Positions 19,810 to 30,033 of a DNA stretch of 32,000 nt are shown in pieces. Made by a program: the position numbers and the translations under genes. The stretch lies in assembly GCF_061231955.1 (NCBI RefSeq), contig NZ_CM195708.1; one strand, written 5' to 3'. The notes below the pieces were generated by a model. The model had not been told where the DNA came from, ran no database searches, and saw only the letters and a list, made by a program, of their open reading frames with translations. Numbering within the stretch: position 1 is the first letter of the stretch; every line of letters begins with the position of its first letter.

Positions 19810-20090
19810 CTGGCACCTCCTTCAATCAGTGCGCAACTGTGTGCAATATCCGTCAAATCTGCCAGCAGGTACTCCATCAGCGCGGCGACACCATGCGCAC
19901 AGCCAGCGTCCAGTGCTCCGGCCTGAGACGGGTATTCAGAAAAGAGAAGCTGGAGCATGTCGCAGGCATTTCTTGCGCGGGTCAGCTTTCCGAAACTGTC
20001 CTCTGACAACCCATAGGCAAAAGCACCGGTATTGTGTTTTTCAGGCAAAGTGTGGCCCTGAGCACCGTTGTGCCCGTTTGAAATATTCAT
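19806..20090 (-). CDS. Hypothetical satellite protein, 94 aa
   Basis: ORF in the primase operon, overlaps the downstream ORF. Confidence 0.65.
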   Translation of the reverse strand: MNISNGHNGAQGHTLPEKHNTGAFAYGLSEDSFGKLTRARNACDMLQLLFSEYPSQAGALDAGCAHGVAALMEYLLADLTDIAHSCALIEGGAR

Positions 20091-20121
20091 CGTGGATTAC
20101 TCCGTTTTCAGCGGTATTTTG

Positions 20122-20481
20122 TCAGAGAAACTTTGAATAGTGACCGTCGTCAGGCTCAGCAGAACGCCATATGCTACGCTCCCGCCAGCGGATAAATAGC
20201 ACAGACGGATGCAGTGTCAGCGGGCCGGAACCACTACCGCCTGCAGGAGCTGGTGCAGGCTTAAAGAGCGGTACATCAAACAGGCGCGTATACCGCTGTT
20301 CAAACCATGCCAGAGGGCAGGAAGAAAGCTGGTTGTCGCTGTCATGACGTATCAGCACTTCACAGCTGAATTCAGGATTAACCAGCGCCACAGAGGGCGA
20401 GGCTTCTATTAATCGGATAATCGTGACCGTCCAGCCACGTTCATGCTGCCAGCGTTCGCCGGGGTGCGGATAATTACGCAT
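20122..20481 (-). CDS. Hypothetical satellite protein, 119 aa (start at MRNYPHPGERWQ...)
   Basis: ATG at 20481 overlaps the end of the Icd-like ORF; preceded by GGAGGTGA. Confidence 0.6.
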   Translation of the reverse strand: MRNYPHPGERWQHERGWTVTIIRLIEASPSVALVNPEFSCEVLIRHDSDNQLSSCPLAWFEQRYTRLFDVPLFKPAPAPAGGSGSGPLTLHPSVLFIRWRERSIWRSAEPDDGHYSKFL

Positions 20482-20650
20482 GTTCACCTCCGCAGGGAAT
20501 GCGCCCGGCAAAGCTCAGTACATAGTCCGGGGCAAGTCTGCGCCGCGCTGACCGCTCGTTATCTGCGGTGATCCTTAACATCACAGGACGGGCATTGCGT
20601 TGACTGCGGTTGATCGCCGCAAATAACCAGGTACACTTCTGTTTAGCCAT
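20474..20650 (-). CDS. Icd-like small protein, 58 aa (MAKQKCTWLFAAINRSQRNARPVMLRITADNERSARRRLAPDYVLSFAGRIPCGGEHA)
   Basis: Read directly from sequence, not in ORF track; resembles the 'host cell division inhibitor Icd-like' family of P4/P1-type elements; overlaps next gene. Confidence 0.6.
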   Translation of the reverse strand: MAKQKCTWLFAAINRSQRNARPVMLRITADNERSARRRLAPDYVLSFAGRIPCGGEHA

Positions 20651-20741
20651 CTTCGTTACCTCTTATAACGGTTGGTTAAATGCCCGATTTGTGTTCCCGC
20701 ACAATCGGGCATTGCTTTTACAAGCGAACTATACTTACAAT

Positions 20742-20781
20742 GGTAATTACCATGTAGTCATCATATTCTAGGGTAATTACC
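20742..20781. promoter_or_regulatory. Duplicated palindromic operator GGTAATTACC (20742-20751 and 20772-20781)
   Basis: Two exact 10-bp palindromes, both followed by ATGT, 30 bp centre to centre; the second abuts the start codon of the gene at 20782. Confidence 0.7.
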
Positions 20782-20955
20782 ATGTCAACACCACAAGAGA
20801 AACGTTCTCCACCATTCCAAATGCGTCTTACCGACGATTTTAGGTTGCAACTCGAAAACGAAATGCGCAAAGATGGAGATAGCGCGTTGGCAACTTGGAT
20901 TAAAAGAATTTTACGCAAAGAACTCCAATCACGCGGGATTGACCCTAAAGGCTAA
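20782..20955 (+). CDS. Small predicted ribbon-helix-helix (Arc/CopG-like) DNA-binding protein, 57 aa
   Basis: MSTPQEKRSPPFQMRLTDDFRLQLENEMRKDGDSALATWIKRILRKELQSRGIDPKG; beta strand (FQMRL) plus two helices; not in supplied ORF track. Confidence 0.6.
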   Translation: MSTPQEKRSPPFQMRLTDDFRLQLENEMRKDGDSALATWIKRILRKELQSRGIDPKG

Positions 20956-20987
20956 TCAGTTAAATATTACTAACTATCAATTAAGGC

Positions 20988-21278
20988 TTAGGGAGTAGGT
21001 GATAATCTATTCCCTTTATTAATTGCTCTTGCCTTATTTCTCATTCCCTCAAAATGTTGACCTGAGTTTTCTTCAAACCCATCTCGCCACTTATAATAAT
21101 CAGCAGCGCGCCATCGTGACATCCGACCTATTTTTATAGGTTTTGGAAAGCGATTCAGAGAAATCAATCGATAAATCCATTTATCACTTAATAAACAATC
21201 GGAAGTAATAAACTTCATATCGATCAGAGAATCCATTGAAGGTCGTTGCAAAGTAGTATTATCATGTTTAGATAACAT
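20988..21278 (-). CDS. AlpA-family transcriptional regulator (start possibly at internal Met MDSLIDMKF...)
   Basis: LLSDKWIYRLISLNRFPKPIKIGRMSRWRAADYYKW: AlpA HTH signature. Confidence 0.85.
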   Translation of the reverse strand: MLSKHDNTTLQRPSMDSLIDMKFITSDCLLSDKWIYRLISLNRFPKPIKIGRMSRWRAADYYKWRDGFEENSGQHFEGMRNKARAINKGNRLSPTP

Positions 21279-21403
21279 TCATCATTCTCCGTTTATCTAA
21301 GTCTATTGGCTTCAACACGGAAAATTAAAACATAGGTTATAAATGAGAAAAATGTGACTAATGAAAAAAATCCAAAATCATTAGCCACAATAATTGTTAA
21401 TAT

Positions 21404-22228
21404 TTAGTTAAACTTAATGTTTTTCATGCAACTACGTAGCAAACTAACAACAGTATCATAGCTCAAAGGCGGTTCTCCGGTCTTAGGCCAGAACTCACTG
21501 GCATGTTGAAAAAGATAATCAGCTATCGCTGCTGGACTCTCTCTTCTTAGCCTCATATCACGATGATAGAGCGAAATAATAGCCATGAGTATTTCAGCTC
21601 GAGGAACAGCATGTTTTTGTTTTTGCGCCTCAGATTGTGATTTATATTTATTGGCGTTTTTTATCCGCTTTTGTTCGCATAAGACTATATCAATGAATTT
21701 TTGAATCTGTACCTTTGTAATCCACAAAACCTCAAAAAGATAATAATTTTCTTTTTCATCATAATTTACATAAAGAATTACCTTACAATTTATATTAGGC
21801 GTACCCGCCAGTAGAAAATGAATAGGCCAAGAATCCGGTTGCCCCTCATGCTTAACTAACAGATCTTTATATTCATAATCAACAGCCCATAAACCGGATA
21901 TGAAACATCGAATAAAACCATTTTTATCAATTAAATTATCTTCATCAGGGATTCTTATAGAACTTAAGTCTGACAACATAATATTGCCATTTCTATCTCG
22001 TGGTAAATATTTCAGATTAGATAAGAACTCATCCATTTGACCATCAATCTTCAAACCACATGAAACATCATACTCATCATCATGGAATTCCATGCATAGC
22101 TCTACATCTCGTTCTCTGGCAAACCAGAGTATATCCTTTTCACTACAACCAATTTTTTCTGAAGCTTCATCCAACTGGTAGTAATCTCTGAGCAGAGAAT
22201 CAGTATTATTAATTTTTAAAATATTCAT
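21404..22228 (-). CDS. Uncharacterised 274-aa protein, translationally coupled to integrase
   Basis: ATGA overlap between integrase stop and this ORF's start; no family recognised. Confidence 0.75.
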   Translation of the reverse strand: MNILKINNTDSLLRDYYQLDEASEKIGCSEKDILWFARERDVELCMEFHDDEYDVSCGLKIDGQMDEFLSNLKYLPRDRNGNIMLSDLSSIRIPDEDNLIDKNGFIRCFISGLWAVDYEYKDLLVKHEGQPDSWPIHFLLAGTPNINCKVILYVNYDEKENYYLFEVLWITKVQIQKFIDIVLCEQKRIKNANKYKSQSEAQKQKHAVPRAEILMAIISLYHRDMRLRRESPAAIADYLFQHASEFWPKTGEPPLSYDTVVSLLRSCMKNIKFN

Positions 22229-23484
22229 TTATGAGTACCAATTAGCTCAGATAAATAATTAGCATACCATTGCATCATTTCTCTTCTCCCTTCGAGATAT
22301 TGGGCATGGTTATAAATTCCACGAATAGAGTTTTTGTCCGAATGAGCAAGCTGGGTTTCAATCCAAGCGCTGTTAAATCCTTTCTCATGTAGGATTGTAC
22401 TCATCGTATGCCTGAAACCATGCCCCGTAACACGCCCTGCATATCCAATACGTTTAAACACCTGATTAATGCTTGCTTCACTCATAAATTTGCTAGGATC
22501 GTTGCGTCCAGGGAACATCAGCGGGTAGTTCCCAGTTAGTTCTTTCAAACTTTTGAGATGGGATAATGCTTGTTTTGACAACGGGACAATATGGCTCCTA
22601 CGCATTTTCATACGTTCTTTTGGGATCTCCCACACCGCATTATCAAAATCCACCTCTCGCCACTCACCTGCTCGTAGTTCTCCAGTTCGTAGACCTGTCA
22701 GGATAAGTAAATGCGCCCCCAACAATACAATTGGACTTCCTGAATAAGAATTAAGGGCATTAAAGAACTCCGGTAGTTCGTTGGCTTTGAGGAATGGATA
22801 GTGGACTGCTTCATGTCCTTGCATCGCACTGGCAAGATCCGGTGCCGGATTGTAGATTGCCCTACCCGTTACGATGGCATAGCGAAAAACTTCACCGCAT
22901 CGCTGACGGACTTTCTTCGCTTTCTCCATAGCGCCTCGAGCTTCTATCAACCTCAGAACTTCAAGCAGTTCAAGGGGCTGAATATCAGCTATAGGTCTGT
23001 GCCCAATATGCGGGAAAATGTCTTTCTCGAATGCCTCAATGATGTCGGAAGCATAGCCCTCAGACCATTTGGGTGATTTCATTTTGTGCCACTCTAACGC
23101 CACTTCTCTGAATGGGTTAAGTGTCTCAATCGCTGCATTTAAAGCCTGCTTTTTGGCTTTTTTGACTTCGCCGGGATCTTCACCTGCTGCGAGTAGTTTC
23201 TTCGCGTCTTCTCGTTTTTGTCTGGCATCAGCAAGTGTGACTGTTGGATAAACACCAAAGGACAATCGTTTCTCTTTACCAGCAAAACGGTATTTCATAC
23301 GCCAGTAACGCGAGCCATTAGGTTCGACCTGAAGGTATAGGCCACCTCCATCAAACAGCTTGTAGCTCTTCTCTTTTCCTTTCGCAGCTTCAACCTTGCG
23401 GGCATTCAGCATCATTGGGGGCACATTTCCTAGACCGAACAGAACATGCCCCTGATTGTGCCCCCAACCGCGTGTTGATTTCAA
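22225..23484 (-). CDS. P4/CP4-type tyrosine recombinase integrase (likely start 23412, MLNARKVEAAKGKEK...; track start is a TTG)
   Basis: Arm-binding N-terminus LFDGGGLYLQVEPNGSRYWRMKYRFAGKEKRLSFGVYPTVTLADAR, catalytic ..TGLRTGELR..., HGFRHTMSTILHE, Tyr near NHAQY; adjacent to tRNA att site. Confidence 0.95.
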   Translation of the reverse strand: MKSTRGWGHNQGHVLFGLGNVPPMMLNARKVEAAKGKEKSYKLFDGGGLYLQVEPNGSRYWRMKYRFAGKEKRLSFGVYPTVTLADARQKREDAKKLLAAGEDPGEVKKAKKQALNAAIETLNPFREVALEWHKMKSPKWSEGYASDIIEAFEKDIFPHIGHRPIADIQPLELLEVLRLIEARGAMEKAKKVRQRCGEVFRYAIVTGRAIYNPAPDLASAMQGHEAVHYPFLKANELPEFFNALNSYSGSPIVLLGAHLLILTGLRTGELRAGEWREVDFDNAVWEIPKERMKMRRSHIVPLSKQALSHLKSLKELTGNYPLMFPGRNDPSKFMSEASINQVFKRIGYAGRVTGHGFRHTMSTILHEKGFNSAWIETQLAHSDKNSIRGIYNHAQYLEGRREMMQWYANYLSELIGTHK

Positions 23485-23578
23485 GAGACAAGGGTTGACC
23501 TCAAACGTATGAAAATAACGTAATATATATGTTTTTAAATGATTTTGTTGATGTGGGTTGACTTGGGAAAACTAGGTG

Positions 23579-23597
23579 ATGGTGCCGATAATAGGAG
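23579..23597. repeat. att core, tRNA-side copy (attR-like)
   Basis: atggtgccgataataggag, overlapping the thrW 3' end. Confidence 0.9.
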
Positions 23598-23655
23598 TCG
23601 AACCTACGACCTTCGCATTACGAATGCGCTGCTCTACCAACTGAGCTATATCGGC
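23580..23655 (-). tRNA. thrW: tRNA-Thr (anticodon CGT)
   Basis: Reverse complement GCCGATATAGCTCAGTTGGTAGAGCAGCGCATTCGTAATGCGAAGGTCGTAGGTTCGACTCCTATTATCGGCACCA folds as a 76-nt tRNA with encoded CCA. Confidence 0.97.
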
Positions 23656-23769
23656 CCTGAAAGGACATGTTCACGAACGTGAATCACGGTGGACAAGGTT
23701 AAAACTAACCGGGCGATGCGTCAATGGCCTTGTGAATCAAATGGCTACTTTTGCATCACCCGGTTTTAT

Positions 23770-25023
23770 TTACGCACGAATGGTGTAATCACCAATGCCG
23801 ATCCACTTGTAAGTGGTCAGTGCTTCCAGCCCCATTGGGCCACGCGCGTGGAGTTTTTGTGTGCTTACCGCCACTTCCGCACCCAGACCAAACTGGCCGC
23901 CGTCGGTAAAACGCGTAGAGGCGTTAACGTAAACAGCGGACGAATCCACTTCGTTAACAAAACGCTGGGCGTTGCGCATATCGCGGGTCAGGATCGCATC
24001 GGAGTGTTGTGTGCCGTGTTCACGAATATGGGCGATGGCATCGTCAAGATCGCTGACGATTTTGACGTTCAAATCTAATGACAGAAACTCATCGTCATAC
24101 TCTTCGGCTTTAACAGCAACCACCTTCGCAGGGCCTGCCTGCAACTGCGCCAGTGCAGCTGCATCTGCGTGTAATGTCACGCCGCTTTCCGCCATTTGTT
24201 TGCTTAATGCGGGCAGGAAGCTATCGGCGATGTTTTTATTCACCAGCAACGTTTCAACCGTATTACATGTGCTCGGACGCTGAGTTTTCGCGTTGACGAT
24301 CACTTTTAATGCTTCAGCGATCTCTACACTTTCATCAACGTAAATATGGCATACGCCTATACCACCTGTGATCACCGGGATTGTCGACTGTTCACGGCAC
24401 AGTTTATGCAAACCAGCGCCACCACGCGGGATCAGCATGTCGATGTATTTATCCATACGCAGCATTTCACTGACCAGCGCACGGTCAGGATTATCAATCG
24501 CCTGCACGGCACCCGCCGGTAAGCCACAGGATTTCAGGGCGTCCTGAATCACCGCCACCGTTGCCGCGTTAGTGCGACAGGTTTCTTTGCCACCACGCAG
24601 GATCACCGCATTACCGGTTTTCAGGCACAGCGAAGCGACATCAACCGTCACGTTCGGGCGCGCTTCATAAATCACGCCAATCACCCCCAGCGGCACGCGA
24701 CGACGCTCAAGACGCAGGCCGCTGTCCAGTACGCTGCCATCGATTACCTGCCCCACCGGATCGGCGAGGTTACACACCTGGCGCACATCATCGGCAATGC
24801 CTTTCAGCCGTGCGGGCGTCAGTGCCAGACGGTCAAGCATCGCTTCGCCAAGGCCATTGGCACGCGCGTCAGCAACATCCTGGGCGTTAGCGTTGAGGAT
24901 GATTTCGCTTTGTGCTTCCAGTTCATCGGCGATTTTTTCCAGCACGCGATTTTTTTCGCGGCTGGAGAGTTGCGCTAATTTATACGAGGCTTGCTTCGCG
25001 GCAATGCCCATTTGTTCCAGCAT
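23770..25023 (-). CDS. proA: Gamma-glutamyl phosphate reductase, 417 aa
   Basis: [35 protein letters not shown]...; synteny with proB. Confidence 0.97.
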   Translation of the reverse strand: MLEQMGIAAKQASYKLAQLSSREKNRVLEKIADELEAQSEIILNANAQDVADARANGLGEAMLDRLALTPARLKGIADDVRQVCNLADPVGQVIDGSVLDSGLRLERRRVPLGVIGVIYEARPNVTVDVASLCLKTGNAVILRGGKETCRTNAATVAVIQDALKSCGLPAGAVQAIDNPDRALVSEMLRMDKYIDMLIPRGGAGLHKLCREQSTIPVITGGIGVCHIYVDESVEIAEALKVIVNAKTQRPSTCNTVETLLVNKNIADSFLPALSKQMAESGVTLHADAAALAQLQAGPAKVVAVKAEEYDDEFLSLDLNVKIVSDLDDAIAHIREHGTQHSDAILTRDMRNAQRFVNEVDSSAVYVNASTRFTDGGQFGLGAEVAVSTQKLHARGPMGLEALTTYKWIGIGDYTIRA

Positions 25024-25034
25024 CAGCCTGCTCC

Positions 25035-26138
25035 TTAACGGGTAATCATGTCATCACGGTGAACGGCAACCGGGCCGTATTCATATCCCAGTATTGCATC
25101 AATTTCTTGCGAGTGGTGCCCGGCAATACGGCGTAATGCATCGCTGTTGTAACGACTGACGCCGTGGGCGATATCGCGACCTTCGAGGTTGCAAATGCGG
25201 ATGACTTCACCACGCGAGAAATTGCCAGTCACGCTTTTAATGCCTTTCGGCAACAGGGAGCTGCCGCGTTCAAGAATGGCGGCAGTTGCCCCTTCATCTA
25301 CCGTGATTTCACCCGCCGGCGGCGCACCGAAAATCCAGCGTTTACGGTTTTCAAGCGGAGTCGCCTGGGCATGGAACAGCGTACCGACGGAAATGCCTTC
25401 CATCACATCACCAATAACGCCCGGCTTGCTGCCCGCGGCAATAATGGTGTCGATACCCGCACGGCAAGCCACGTCAGCGGCCTGCAATTTGGTACTCATG
25501 CCGCCAGTTCCGAGGCCTGAAACGCTGTCACCGGCAATCGCGCGCAGTGCGTCATCAATGCCGTAAACATCTTTAATCAGTTCTGCCTGCGGATTGCTGC
25601 GCGGATCAGCGGTATACAAACCTTTTTGATCGGTCAGCAGCAACAGTTTATCGGCACCCGCCAGAATCGCCGCCAGCGCAGAAAGGTTATCGTTATCGCC
25701 GACCTTAATCTCTGCCGTAGCGACAGCATCGTTCTCATTGATTACCGGAACGATATTGTTATCGAGCAACGCACGCAGGGTGTCGCGGGCGTTCAGGAAG
25801 CGTTCACGGTCTTCCATATCAGCACGGGTCAGCAGCATCTGCCCGACGTGAATGCCATAAATCGAAAACAGCTGTTCCCACAGTTGAATCAGTCGACTCT
25901 GCCCTACCGCCGCCAGCAGTTGTTTCGAGGCGATAGTCGCTGGCAGTTCCGGGTACCCCAGGTGCTCACGTCCGGCGGCGATCGCGCCCGACGTCACAAT
26001 AACAATCCGATGCCCGGCGGCATGTAACTGCGCGCACTGGCGAACAAGTTCAACGATATGGGCACGGTTCAGACGGCGCGATCCGCCTGTTAGCACACTG
26101 GTGCCGAGTTTTACCACCAGCGTCTGGCTGTCACTCAT
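25035..26138 (-). CDS. proB: Glutamate 5-kinase, 367 aa (start at [16 protein letters not shown]; track ORF extends further upstream)
   Basis: Amino-acid kinase plus PUA domain; 367-aa length when started at 26138. Confidence 0.96.
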
Positions 26139-26327
26139 GATTCTCTGCCATTCAATTTTAGGAAAAATGATATCAAACGAACGTTTTAGCAGGACTGTCG
26201 TCGGTTGCCAACCATCTGCAAGCAAAGCATGGCGTTTTGTTGCGCGGGATCAGCAAGCCTAGCGGCAGTTGTTTACGCTTTTATTACAGATTTAATAAAT
26301 TACCACATTTTAAGAATATTATTAATC

Positions 26328-26346
26328 TGTAATATATCTTTAACAA
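26328..26346 (+). promoter_or_regulatory. Pho box (PhoB site) upstream of phoE
   Basis: ctgtaatatatctttaaca, similar to CTGTCAT-(N4)-CTGTCAT, upstream of phoE. Confidence 0.6.
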
Positions 26347-26425
26347 TCTCAGGTTAAAAACTTTCCTGTTTTCAACGGGGCTCTCCCGCTGAATATTCGC
26401 GCGTTAATTAAAATCAGGAATGAAA

Positions 26426-27481
26426 ATGAAAAAGAGCACTCTGGCATTAGTGGTGATGGGCATTGTGGCATCTGCATCCGTACAGGCCGCAGAAATATAT
26501 AACAAAGACGGTAATAAACTGGATGTCTATGGCAAAGTTAAAGCCATGCATTATATGAGTGATAACGACAGTAAAGATGGCGACCAGAGTTATATCCGTT
26601 TTGGTTTTAAAGGCGAAACACAAATTAACGATCAACTGACTGGCTATGGCCGTTGGGAAGCGGAGTTTGCCGGAAATAAAGCGGAGAGTGATACTGCACA
26701 GCAAAAAACGCGTCTCGCTTTTGCCGGATTGAAGTATAAAGATTTGGGTTCTTTCGACTATGGCCGTAACCTGGGCGCGTTGTATGACGTGGAAGCCTGG
26801 ACCGATATGTTCCCGGAATTTGGTGGCGACTCCTCGGCGCAGACCGACAACTTTATGACCAAACGCGCCAGCGGTCTGGCGACGTATCGGAACACCGACT
26901 TCTTCGGCGTTATCGATGGCCTGAACTTAACCCTGCAATATCAAGGGAAAAACGAAAACCGCGACGTTAAAAAGCAAAACGGCGATGGCTTCGGCACGTC
27001 ATTGACATATGACTTTGGCGGCAGCGATTTCGCCATTAGTGGGGCCTATACCAACTCAGATCGCACCAACGAGCAGAACCTGCAAAGCCGTGGCACAGGC
27101 AAGCGTGCAGAAGCATGGGCTACAGGTCTGAAATACGATGCCAATAATATTTATCTGGCAACTTTTTATTCTGAAACACGCAAAATGACGCCAATAACTG
27201 GCGGCTTTGCCAATAAGACACAGAACTTTGAAGCGGTCGCTCAATACCAGTTTGACTTTGGTCTGCGTCCATCGCTGGGTTATGTCTTATCGAAAGGGAA
27301 AGATATTGAAGGTATCGGTGATGAAGATCTGGTCAATTATATCGATGTCGGGGCTACATATTATTTCAACAAAAATATGTCAGCGTTTGTTGATTATAAA
27401 ATCAACCAACTGGATAGCGATAACAAATTGAATATTAATAATGATGATATTGTCGCGGTTGGCATGACCTATCAGTTTTAA
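26426..27481 (+). CDS. phoE: Outer membrane phosphoporin PhoE, 351 aa
   Basis: [43 protein letters not shown]...[11 protein letters not shown] porin sequence. Confidence 0.96.
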   Translation: MKKSTLALVVMGIVASASVQAAEIYNKDGNKLDVYGKVKAMHYMSDNDSKDGDQSYIRFGFKGETQINDQLTGYGRWEAEFAGNKAESDTAQQKTRLAFAGLKYKDLGSFDYGRNLGALYDVEAWTDMFPEFGGDSSAQTDNFMTKRASGLATYRNTDFFGVIDGLNLTLQYQGKNENRDVKKQNGDGFGTSLTYDFGGSDFAISGAYTNSDRTNEQNLQSRGTGKRAEAWATGLKYDANNIYLATFYSETRKMTPITGGFANKTQNFEAVAQYQFDFGLRPSLGYVLSKGKDIEGIGDEDLVNYIDVGATYYFNKNMSAFVDYKINQLDSDNKLNINNDDIVAVGMTYQF

Positions 27482-27489
27482 TGATTATT

Positions 27490-27510
27490 GCCGGATGTGA
27501 TGCATCCGGC
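27490..27510. terminator. REP-like hairpin between convergent phoE and crl
   Basis: GCCGGATG/CATCCGGC inverted repeat. Confidence 0.55.
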
Positions 27511-27519
27511 ACATTTCAC

Positions 27520-27978
<459 letters not shown>

Positions 27979-29223
27979 TTAACACAAGCGTTTTTCGATC
28001 CAGCCGGTGATTTCCTGAAGACCTTTGTCAAAATTCCGATACACCGGGTTAAATGGGATCTCTAATAATTTACCGTCAGCAGATGATGAGGTGATTAAGC
28101 GTGAGTCCTCTTCCGGGCTGAACGGATCGTTCTTCCAGTAGCCTGATAACATTGGCGTTGGGCAGCGACGTCCCAGCAATCCTTGCACTTTTAATGAATA
28201 GCGATTCAGCTCCACGCGCAACGCGTCATCGGAAGCATCATGCATCCCCAAACGACTCGCCAGAACGTCAAGATACATTTCCGGCACCTGTTGCTGGCAC
28301 TTAAAATCACTCAACAGGGTATGAACTACCGGACCAAGACAGGCAACCGCTTTCAGACGCGGCGATTCAAGGTATGCCAGACGCACGGCAACGTTAGCGC
28401 CGAAACGGAAACCAAAGGCCGCGACGCGAGTGTGATCCACCCACGGTACGTTAGGCAGCGCCTTTAAGACGTGCTGATGCAACAGGCTGGAGTCCTGGGT
28501 GAGCTTCCATTTTGAAGAAAAGCCCACCGACGGCATATCAATAGTCAGCATCGCAATGCCGCGCGGCGCAAAATAACGTTCATACAGGCTGTAATAGTCC
28601 GTCTGCATCGCATCCAGACCACCACACATTAATACTGTCGGGAACGGGCCATCGCCTTTCGGCATATGCAAAAAGCCGGTGATGGGCGCACCGCCGGGTA
28701 CGGTAAACTCCATCTGCCGCATCGTGCCCGGCAGACGCTGGGCGGCCTCTTCATAGGCGCGGTTTGATAAAGCCTGCGCTTGCTCGGCCAGGTCATCTCC
28801 TTTCAGATGAGGATAGGCGGCAATGTTGTACAACGTAGCCGCATGCAGCCAGTGTCGACCACTGAGTTGCGGATCTTCTTCCGCACAGGCTTTTTGTTGC
28901 CACACCATCGCCTGGGTGGCCCACTCATAAATCCAGTTGCCACCACGGTAGCCAATCACGGTATCGTATAAATCATCATCGGTACGTTCAGCATCGCTCA
29001 TCACAATACGTGCCTGGACGTCGAGGATTTCACGTGGGTCAATGCCGCGCCAGATCCACATCAGACGGTTAATCATGCGATACCAGTGAGGGATGGTTTT
29101 ACCATCAAGAGCCGACTGCACAGGCGGTTGTGCGCCGTGATTAAAGCGGCGGACTAGCGTCGAGGTTTCAGGATGTTTAAAGCGGGGTTTGAACAGGGTT
29201 TCGCTCAGGTTTGCCTGTGTCAT
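27979..29223 (-). CDS. frsA: FrsA (YafA), alpha/beta-hydrolase-fold protein, 414 aa
   Basis: [27 protein letters not shown]...; synteny crl-frsA-gpt. Confidence 0.95.
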   Translation of the reverse strand: MTQANLSETLFKPRFKHPETSTLVRRFNHGAQPPVQSALDGKTIPHWYRMINRLMWIWRGIDPREILDVQARIVMSDAERTDDDLYDTVIGYRGGNWIYEWATQAMVWQQKACAEEDPQLSGRHWLHAATLYNIAAYPHLKGDDLAEQAQALSNRAYEEAAQRLPGTMRQMEFTVPGGAPITGFLHMPKGDGPFPTVLMCGGLDAMQTDYYSLYERYFAPRGIAMLTIDMPSVGFSSKWKLTQDSSLLHQHVLKALPNVPWVDHTRVAAFGFRFGANVAVRLAYLESPRLKAVACLGPVVHTLLSDFKCQQQVPEMYLDVLASRLGMHDASDDALRVELNRYSLKVQGLLGRRCPTPMLSGYWKNDPFSPEEDSRLITSSSADGKLLEIPFNPVYRNFDKGLQEITGWIEKRLC

Positions 29224-29275
29224 GGATGCAGCCTCCAGAATACTTACTGGAAACTATTGTAACCCGCCTGAAGTT

Positions 29276-29308
29276 AAAAAGAACAACGCCCGGCAGTGCC
29301 AGGCGTTG
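29276..29308 (-). terminator. Terminator of gpt
   Basis: Minus strand CAACGCC-tggcactgccg-GGCGTTG followed by TTCTTTTT. Confidence 0.75.
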
Positions 29309-29314
29309 AAAAGA

Positions 29315-29773
29315 TTAGCGACCGGAGATTGGCGGGACGAATACGACGCCCATATCCCACGGCTGTTCGATCCAGGTATCTTGCGGGATATCAACAACAT
29401 AGTCATCAACCAGCGGACGACCAGCCGGTTTTGCGAAGATAGTCACAAAATGTGCTTTTGGATACATTTCACGAATCGCAACCGCAGTACCACCGGTATC
29501 CACCAGGTCATCAATAACGATGAAGCCTTCGCCATCGCCTTCTGCGCGTTTTAGCACTTTAAGCTCGCGCTGGTTGTCGTGATCGTAGCTGGAAATACAA
29601 ACGGTATCGACATGACGAATACCCAGTTCACGCGCCAGTAACGCACCCGGTACCAGACCGCCACGGCTTACGGCAATAATGCCTTTCCATTGTTCAGAAG
29701 GCATCAGTCGGCTTGCGAGTTTACGTGCATGGATCTGCAACATGTCCCAGGTGACGATGTATTTTTCGCTCAT
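29315..29773 (-). CDS. gpt: Xanthine-guanine phosphoribosyltransferase, 152 aa
   Basis: PRPP-binding motif [16 protein letters not shown]; full-length match to remembered Gpt. Confidence 0.97.
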
Positions 29774-30033
29774 GTGAAGTGTCCCAGCCTGTTTATCTAC
29801 GGCTTAAAAAGTGTTCGAGGGGAAAATAGGTTGCGCGAGATTATAGAGATCTGGCGCACTAAAAACCAGTATTTCACATGAGTCCGCGTCTTTTTACGCA
29901 CTGCCTCTCCCTGACGCGGGATAAAGTGGTATTCTCAAACATATCTCGCAAGCCTGTCTTGTGTTGACAACATTTTCTGCTAACCCTGTGACCTGCAATA
30001 CTGTTTTGCGGGTGATCGACAAGGAGACTTAAC

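Larger units (their letters stand above)
11157..23597. mobile_element. P4-like phage satellite/integrative element (~12.4 kb) inserted at the 3' end of thrW
   Basis: 19-bp perfect direct repeat atggtgccgataataggag at both ends, integrase next to the tRNA, alpA/primase/sid/psu/ogr-delta-like genes inside; housekeeping genes resume on both sides. Confidence 0.93.

Noticed and set aside
23412-23484. Track-assigned integrase start at TTG 23484
   Set aside because: The 24 extra N-terminal residues (MKSTRGWGHNQGHVLFGLGNVPP) are not typical of this integrase family, which usually begins MxLxxRKVEAAK; the ATG at 23412 is the more probable start.
11157-23597. CP4-6 prophage remnant as identity of the island
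   Set aside because: Apart from insertion near yagP/thrW, gene content (sid/psu/ogr-delta-like, alpha-like primase, ABC-3C) and size (~12.4 kb) do not match CP4-6.
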